This document shows positions 58,101-64,000 of a stretch of DNA of 64,000 nucleotides, piece after piece (the stretch's first letter is position 1; each line of letters opens with the position of its first letter). Source of the DNA: Alphaproteobacteria bacterium (GTDB taxonomy: Bacteria; Pseudomonadota; Alphaproteobacteria; UBA828); the NCBI GenBank assembly GCA_963422645.2, contig CAXXVO010000006.1, positions 32,001 to 96,000 of the forward strand. The letters are read 5' to 3'. The notes beneath the pieces are model-generated. The model worked only from the letters and a program-made list of their open reading frames with translations, did not search any database and had not been told where the DNA came from. The position numbers were made by a program, and so were the translations under genes.

Positions 58101-59447
58101 ATGACCACGACCGGAGCGAGCGAAAAGGCCGGGCCAGAACTGCCGAAGTGCCCGAGCGTGGAGGAGATTGCGGCCGGGGTCCACGCCGGTCGCGAGAGCG
58201 CGGCGGCAGCCTGCGACGCGGCTCTGGGCCGCATCGCCGAGACCGAATCGCGGGTTCACGCGTGGCACTATCTCGACGCCGCCGAAGCTTCAGCGCGGGC
58301 ACAGGCGATCGACGATGCCGGCCCGCGCGGCGTGTTTGCCGGCGTTCCCGTCGGCATCAAGGACATCATCGATACCGCTGATCAACCGACCGAGAACGGC
58401 ACCCCGCTCGACGAAGGACACAGGCCAGGCGCGGACGCCACGGTCGTGCGCCGCCTGCGCGCGGCGGGCGCGCTGATCCTCGGCAAGACCGTGACCACCG
58501 AGCTTGCCTGCGGTGCCGCCAACGCCACCCGCAACCCCCACGACCCCGCGCGCACGCCAGGCGGCTCGTCCTCGGGCTCGGCAGCCACGGTGGCGGCCGG
58601 CGGCGTGCCGCTCGCCCTCGGCACCCAGACCGCGGGCTCGGTGGTGCGGCCCGCCGCCTTCTGCGGCGTCTGGGGCATGAAGCCGAGCTTCGGCACGATC
58701 CCACGCACCGGGATCACGCGATTGTCGCGCACGCTCGATCATGCGGGCGTACTCGCGGGCTCTGTGCAGGACGTGGCGCTCGGCATCGACATCATCTCCG
58801 GCGACGACGGGTTGGATCAGGCGAGTGCCGGAGGGGCGCCGACCCGCCTCGCCGCTGCCCTCGCGCTCCCGCTCGGGCGGCCCCGGCTGGCCTTCATCAA
58901 ACAACCGGCCTGGGAGGAGGTCGGGCCGGGCGCCGCGGCAGCCCTTGAGGCCGCGGCGGGAGCGTGCGGCGCGGAGCCGCTCACCCTGAGCTCTTCCTTC
59001 GACGAGGCGGGGGCGGTACATATTGGAATCATGCGGCGCGAGGTCGCCCACGCGCTTGCGCCCTGGTACGAGCGCGGCGCGGCAGACCTTTCCCAAACCA
59101 TACGCAAGCATATCGAAGCGGGCCGGGAGATCGACGCCGACAACTATCTCGCCCTGCTCGACGCAGCCGACGCGATGCGGCGCGCCTTCGAACACGCGAT
59201 GCGGCCCTACGATGCGGCGCTGACCCTTGCCGCGCCGGGTGCCGCGCCCGAGGGCCTGGCCTTCACCGGCAGCCGCGCCCAGACCATGCTCTGGACCATG
59301 CTCGGCGTGCCTGCGGTCAACGTTCCCGTCCTGTCCGTGGATGGGCTGCCGCTCGGCCTTCAGGTCGTGGGGCGCTTCGGCGCCGATGCGACGACGCTGC
59401 GCGCGGCGGCCTGGTGTGCCGGCCGCTTGCAGGAGGCACGCCAGTGA
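58101..59447 (+). CDS. Amidase-signature family amidase
   Basis: GIKDII, TPGGSSSGSA, GTQTAGSVVRPAAFCG. Confidence 0.92.
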   Translation: MTTTGASEKAGPELPKCPSVEEIAAGVHAGRESAAAACDAALGRIAETESRVHAWHYLDAAEASARAQAIDDAGPRGVFAGVPVGIKDIIDTADQPTENGTPLDEGHRPGADATVVRRLRAAGALILGKTVTTELACGAANATRNPHDPARTPGGSSSGSAATVAAGGVPLALGTQTAGSVVRPAAFCGVWGMKPSFGTIPRTGITRLSRTLDHAGVLAGSVQDVALGIDIISGDDGLDQASAGGAPTRLAAALALPLGRPRLAFIKQPAWEEVGPGAAAALEAAAGACGAEPLTLSSSFDEAGAVHIGIMRREVAHALAPWYERGAADLSQTIRKHIEAGREIDADNYLALLDAADAMRRAFEHAMRPYDAALTLAAPGAAPEGLAFTGSRAQTMLWTMLGVPAVNVPVLSVDGLPLGLQVVGRFGADATTLRAAAWCAGRLQEARQ

Positions 59448-59486
59448 GCGCACCATTGGGCGCGCCATAGCGCCGGGACGCAAAGC

Positions 59487-60111
59487 ATGACGCAATTTCA
59501 CTTCGCCCACGCCGGTGGGTCCAGCGGCGAAGCCGCCATCGAGGCCTGCATCGAGCGGCTGGGCCCCACGCTGCCGCAGCAGGGCCTCGGCATGCTCTAT
59601 GTGACCGATGCGATTGGCGATCACCTGCCGGCCGCTCTAGACCGGCTCAAGCGCGCGACTGGCATCGACGAGTGGGTGGGCTCGGTCGGCATCGGCATCT
59701 GCGCCACCGGGCGGGAGTATTTCGACGAGCCAGCCGCCGCGGTCATGATCGCCGACCTCGACCCGGCCAGCTACCGGGTGTTCGAGACCATCCGCGACGA
59801 CCTCGGCGAGTTCAGCCGTGACAACGGCACCTGGATCGCTCGCGCTCCGGCACGGTTTGGCATCGTGCACGCCGACCCGCGCAACCAACGCACGGGCGAC
59901 ATCGTTGCCGACCTCGCCGAGGAGCTCGACGGCTTCCTGGTCGGCGGCCTCTCGTCGTCGCGGGCGGTGCCCGCGCAGATTGCGGGCGCGGTTACCGAGG
60001 GCGGGGTCTCCGGCGTCCTGTTGTCGGAGACCGTCACCGTCGCCACCGCGCTCAGCCAGAGCTGCATGCCGATCGGCCCGAGCCACGAGATTACCGATTG
60101 CCGGGCCAACA
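59487..60111 (+). pseudogene. FIST N-terminal domain protein truncated by IS
   Basis: LYVTD, WVGSVGIGIC..G.EYFDEPA, LSQSC.PIG; runs into the IS IR at 60112. Confidence 0.8.
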
Positions 60112-60325
60112 TCAGACTTCCTGACCTCGTGATGCTGGCTGTTCTGGGCAGCGTGCCGGGAACTCCTTGAATTCTGATACATTTCGGTTGTTTCAGGCGG
60201 TTTTTCGCTGGGTGTCGCGCCCGAGGTCTGATATTATAATTTGATACCAATTGCACGGTCTCAACCATGCCCAGTACCCTCCCAATGTGCCCTCCAGAGG
60301 CGGTCTCGATCGGCAACAGCTGCTT
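60112..60325 (+). mobile_element. Truncated upstream end of the 2513-bp unclassified IS
   Basis: Reverse complement of ~41273-41486, including the IR and first transposase codons. Confidence 0.9.
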
Positions 60326-60431
60326 GTTGTTAAGCGTGGAAAAGTGACCCCCTATTGGGGGTGATCGGCGTCCAAAATTGACCCCCTTGGATTTGTGTCC
60401 ATGAACACACCTCGTCGTTTGGACGGACGGG

Positions 60432-61958
60432 GTGGTGGGGGAGATGCTGGTTGTGGAAACGATCGCGAAGATCCGTCGGGATCATCTGGTGAAGGGCGTT
60501 CCGATCAAGAAGCTCGCCCGGGATTTGAGGGTTTCCAAGAACACGATACGCAAGGTGGTGCGGGGCGATGCGACCTCGCACAGCTACGAGCGCAAGATCC
60601 AGCCGATGCCGAAGCTTGGGCTGTGGGTGGAGGAGCTTGAGCGCCAGCTGAAGGCCAACGAGAAGAAGGCACGCAAGGATCGGCTGTCTCTTCTGCGGAT
60701 TCATGAAGACCTTGTGTCGCTGGGCTACAAGGGCGGCTATGACGCGGTTCGCCGCTATGCCAGGGCCTGGCGGCGCCGGTGGCGGCTGTTGTCGCCGGCG
60801 CAGGCCTATGTGCCGCTGATCTTCGATCCCGGCGAGGCCTACCAGTTCGACTGGAGCCACGAGTACGCGCGTCTGTCGGGCGCGACGACCAGGGTGAAGG
60901 CGGCGCACATGCGGCTGTGCCACAGCCGGATGTATCTGGTCCAGATCTTTCCCCGCGAGAGCCAGGAGATGGTCTTCGAGGCGCACGAGCGTGCCTTCCG
61001 CTTCTTCGGCGGGGTCTGCCGGCGGGGCATCTACGACAACATGAAGACGGCGGTGAGCACGATCTTCGTGGGCAAGAAGCGGGACTACAACCGCCGCTTC
61101 CAGGAGCTGTGCTCGCACCATCTGGTGGAGCCTGTGGCGTGCACGCCAGGGGCTGGCTGGGAGAAGGGGCAGGTCGAGAAGCAGGTGGGTGACCTTCGCG
61201 GCCGCCTGTTCGTGCCCATCCCGCGGGGCCGCTCCTACGCCGAGATCAACGAGTGGCTGATGGATCGGTGCATCGAGGACGCCAAGAAGCATCCGCATCC
61301 GACAATCCCGGGCAAGACGGTGTGGCAGGTGTTCGAGGAGGAGCAGCCCTTCCTGATGGCGTATCGCGGCCCCTTCGACGGCTTCCATGCCAGCGAGGTG
61401 TCGGTCTCGAAGACCTGTCTGGTGCGCTTCGACAACAACCAGTACAGCGTCGCGGCCCGCGCCGTCGGCCGGCCGGTGGACGTGCGGGCCTATGCCGATC
61501 GGATCGTCATCCGCCAGGACGGCGAGACCGTTGCCGAGCACCCCCGCAGCTTCGGGCGCGGCCGGTTCGTCTACGATCCGTGGCATTACGTGCCGATCCT
61601 GACGCGGAAGCCCGGCGCGCTACGCAATGGCGCGCCCTTCAAGGACTGGCAGTTGCCCAACGCGCTCGGCCGCCTGCGAACCCGGCTCGCGGGCCACGAC
61701 GACGGCGACCGGCAGTTCGTCAAGGTGCTCGCGGCGGTGCTGGAGGACGGACTGGAGGCGGTTGAGGCGGCCTGTGCCGAGACGCTCGACTGCGGTGCCT
61801 GCAGCGCCGACGTGGTGCTCAACATCCTCGCCCGGCAGCGCCAGCCGGCACCGCCGGCAATCATCCCGACGCCCGAGGGCCTGCAGCTTCGCCACAAGCC
61901 GGTAGCCGACTGTCAGCGCTACGACAGCCTGAGGGAGGCCGGTCATGGAGCGTCATGA
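60432..61958 (+). CDS. istA: IS21 transposase IstA
   Basis: [19 protein letters not shown]. Confidence 0.93.
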   Translation: MVGEMLVVETIAKIRRDHLVKGVPIKKLARDLRVSKNTIRKVVRGDATSHSYERKIQPMPKLGLWVEELERQLKANEKKARKDRLSLLRIHEDLVSLGYKGGYDAVRRYARAWRRRWRLLSPAQAYVPLIFDPGEAYQFDWSHEYARLSGATTRVKAAHMRLCHSRMYLVQIFPRESQEMVFEAHERAFRFFGGVCRRGIYDNMKTAVSTIFVGKKRDYNRRFQELCSHHLVEPVACTPGAGWEKGQVEKQVGDLRGRLFVPIPRGRSYAEINEWLMDRCIEDAKKHPHPTIPGKTVWQVFEEEQPFLMAYRGPFDGFHASEVSVSKTCLVRFDNNQYSVAARAVGRPVDVRAYADRIVIRQDGETVAEHPRSFGRGRFVYDPWHYVPILTRKPGALRNGAPFKDWQLPNALGRLRTRLAGHDDGDRQFVKVLAAVLEDGLEAVEAACAETLDCGACSADVVLNILARQRQPAPPAIIPTPEGLQLRHKPVADCQRYDSLREAGHGAS

Positions 61959-62673
61959 TGTGCTGGAGATGATGACCCAGCTGAAGCTCGCAGGTATGCG
62001 CGCCGCTTACGACGACATCCTTGCCGACGGGCTCAAGCGCCGCCATCCGGTGCAACAGATCATCGGTACGCTGCTGCAGGTCGAGATCGCCGACAAGAGG
62101 GCCCGCTCGATCAAGTACCAGATGGCCTCCGCCAAGCTGCCGACGGTCAAGGAGCTGGCCGACTTCGACTTCGCCGCCTCGCCGGTCAACGAGCCCCTGA
62201 TCCAGGAGCTCGCCGGCGGCGGCTTCCTCGAGGGCAAACGCAACATCGTGCTGGTCGGCGGCACCGGTACCGGCAAGACCCATCTCGCCGTCGCCATCGC
62301 GCGGTCCTGCATCCGCAAGGGCGCGCGCGGCCGGTGCTACAACGTCGTCGACCTGGTCAACCTCCTCGAGGCCGAGCTTCGCGCCGGACGCCAGGGCCGC
62401 ACTGCAGACCAGCTCGTCCGCCGCGACTTCGTCATCCTCGACGAGCTCGGCTACCTGCCCTTCGCCCAGGCCGGTGGGCAGCTGCTCTTCCATCTGATGA
62501 GCCGGCTCTACGAGCGCACCTCGATCGTCATCACCACAAACCTCGCCTTCGGCGAATGGCCATCCGTCTTCGGCGACCCCAAGATGACCACAGCGCTGCT
62601 CGATCGCCTCACCCATCATTGCGAGATCATCGAGACCGGCAACGAGAGCTGGCGCTTCAAGAACCGCTCCTGA
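61945..62673 (+). CDS. istB: IS21 helper ATPase IstB
   Basis: [27 protein letters not shown]. Confidence 0.95.
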   Translation: MERHDVLEMMTQLKLAGMRAAYDDILADGLKRRHPVQQIIGTLLQVEIADKRARSIKYQMASAKLPTVKELADFDFAASPVNEPLIQELAGGGFLEGKRNIVLVGGTGTGKTHLAVAIARSCIRKGARGRCYNVVDLVNLLEAELRAGRQGRTADQLVRRDFVILDELGYLPFAQAGGQLLFHLMSRLYERTSIVITTNLAFGEWPSVFGDPKMTTALLDRLTHHCEIIETGNESWRFKNRS

Positions 62674-62875
62674 CCCGCCGCCGGCCTCCCTTGCGGCCCG
62701 GTTGCCCCGGTGGGCCAACAGGGACCCCCCACGCGGCTTCGCTCCGCGTAGCGCAGGGCGCCACACGAAGCCGCGCGGGTCCCCCCTATTGGCTACCGGG
62801 ACAACCTCCGCCGTGCCACTCAGGGGGGTCAATTTTGCACGCCGATCGGGGGTCAGTATTGAAAGCCGATTGACA

Positions 62876-63275
62876 CCTCAAGATGCGCCAGAGGCTGTGG
62901 ACCGAGATCCTGCGCCGGGCCGCAGACTACGCCATCGCCCGCAGGCTCGACCCCTCCGGCGCATCATGGCCCGATCCCGCAGACCCCGCCCTCGCCGTCT
63001 CCGTCGAATGGCCCGAGATGGTGGTCGCCGACGCCTCCCGACACGCCGCCGCGCTCGCCCAGACCGCAGGCGCCGCGGCGCTGGCCATCGAGCGCGGCCT
63101 GCTCTCGGACGCCACCGCGCTCCGCGTCATCGCCGCCGTCGCCGGGCGCCTCGGCGTCGAGATCGACGCCGACGCCGAACTCGAGGCGGCGCGCGAAGAC
63201 GCCGCCGGACGGGCCGAAGAAGACGCCTTCCGCGAGCCCCCGCAGGACGAGGACGCCGACGACGGCGAGGCGTAG
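62876..63275 (+). pseudogene. Probable 3' fragment of a phage portal gene
   Basis: Begins at the IS21 end, sits directly upstream of a minor head gene, acidic tail; mainly positional evidence. Confidence 0.45.
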
Positions 63276-63278
63276 CAC

Positions 63279-64000
63279 GTGGCTACCGACCGTCAGCGCG
63301 AGCGCAGGCTCAAGGGCGAGCGATCCCGCCGCGCCCGCGCCCTGCCCCGCATCCAGAAGGACACCGCCGCCGAGGTCGGCCGCATCCTCGGGCGCGCCGA
63401 GCGCGACATCCGGGCCACCCTCGCCGGCGCGCCCTCCGATTACCAGGCATGGGCGCTGCCATCCCTCCAGGCCTCCGTCCGGGACGCCCTCGACAGCCTC
63501 GGCGCAGACGCCGGGCAGGCCATGGCCGAGGGCGCAACCCGCGCCTGGGACGCCGGCATCGATACCATGGACGCCCCCGTCGACGCCGCCATGCGCCTCG
63601 ATGCCCCCGACTTCCGCATCGCCGCCGTCCTGCCCGAGGTCGACACCCGCCAGCTCCTCGCCATGCGATCCTTCCTCACCGACAGGATGAAGGACGTCTC
63701 CACGACGCTTGCCGAGCGCGTCAATACCGAACTCGGCCTCGCCATTGACCGGCTCGGTCCCCGTCGGCGAGACCACCGGCCGCGTCGCCGCCATCCTCAA
63801 GAGCGGCGGCAGGTCCCGCGCCCTGACAATCGTGCGGACCGAGCTCGGCCGCGCATACTCCATGGCCGGACAGCAGCGCATGGAGCAGGCCGCCGGGATC
63901 CTGCCGGGGCTGAGGAAGCAGTGGCGACGCTCCGGAAAGCTCAGAAGCCGCATCGCCCACGACGCCGTCGACGGACAGACCAGGGAAGCCGCCAGGCCCT
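63279..64000 (+). pseudogene. Phage minor head/morphogenesis protein (Mu gpF/SPP1 gp7-like), +1 frameshift near 63745, runs off right edge
   Basis: After the shift reads RALTIVRTELGRAYS...KQW...R..HDAVDGQ. Confidence 0.75.

Larger units (their letters stand above)
60328..62875 (+). mobile_element. IS21-family element
   Basis: TGT...ACA ends with repeated TGACCCC boxes; istA-istB pair; no flanking DR seen. Confidence 0.9.

Noticed and set aside
1-64000. CRISPR array, tRNA or rRNA
   Set aside because: No regularly spaced repeats, cas genes or structural RNA signatures seen by eye.

Overview
High-GC, probably alphaproteobacterial chromosomal window (taxonomy inferred from gene content) with heavy IS invasion and signs of gene decay. 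The core is a ~28 kb candidate catabolic island (9.1-37.1 kb): an ATP-dependent hydantoinase/oxoprolinase AB pair with an SDR, plus two operons diverging from an Lrp/AsnC regulator. Leftward are a triple-domain Rid protein, a NitT/TauT ABC importer and a toluene-monooxygenase-like soluble di-iron monooxygenase with only alpha, gamma, coupling and beta genes (no Rieske ferredoxin, no reductase). Rightward are a split PEP-synthase-like dikinase pair, a CoxM/G/S/L-type molybdenum hydroxylase, an HD-like protein and a second, atypical CoxM/S/L. I infer N-heterocycle (hydroxypyridine/lactam-type) catabolism; the substrate cannot be read from the sequence. The dikinase gene is split by IS1595 and IS110 insertions 27 bp apart and can be rebuilt in frame. 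Other mobile DNA: IS1634 with a 228-bp target duplication; an IS I could not classify (760/785-aa DDE transposase, TCAGA...TCTGA ends, 3-bp DR) present as a single copy, a tandem dimer and a truncated copy; IS21; MITE-like modules; and a prophage head-gene remnant at the right edge. The rest is typA, ycaQ-like, pap, tcuA-like, OYE, GMC, aminotransferase, GT4 and amidase genes. No rRNA, tRNA or CRISPR array was seen.
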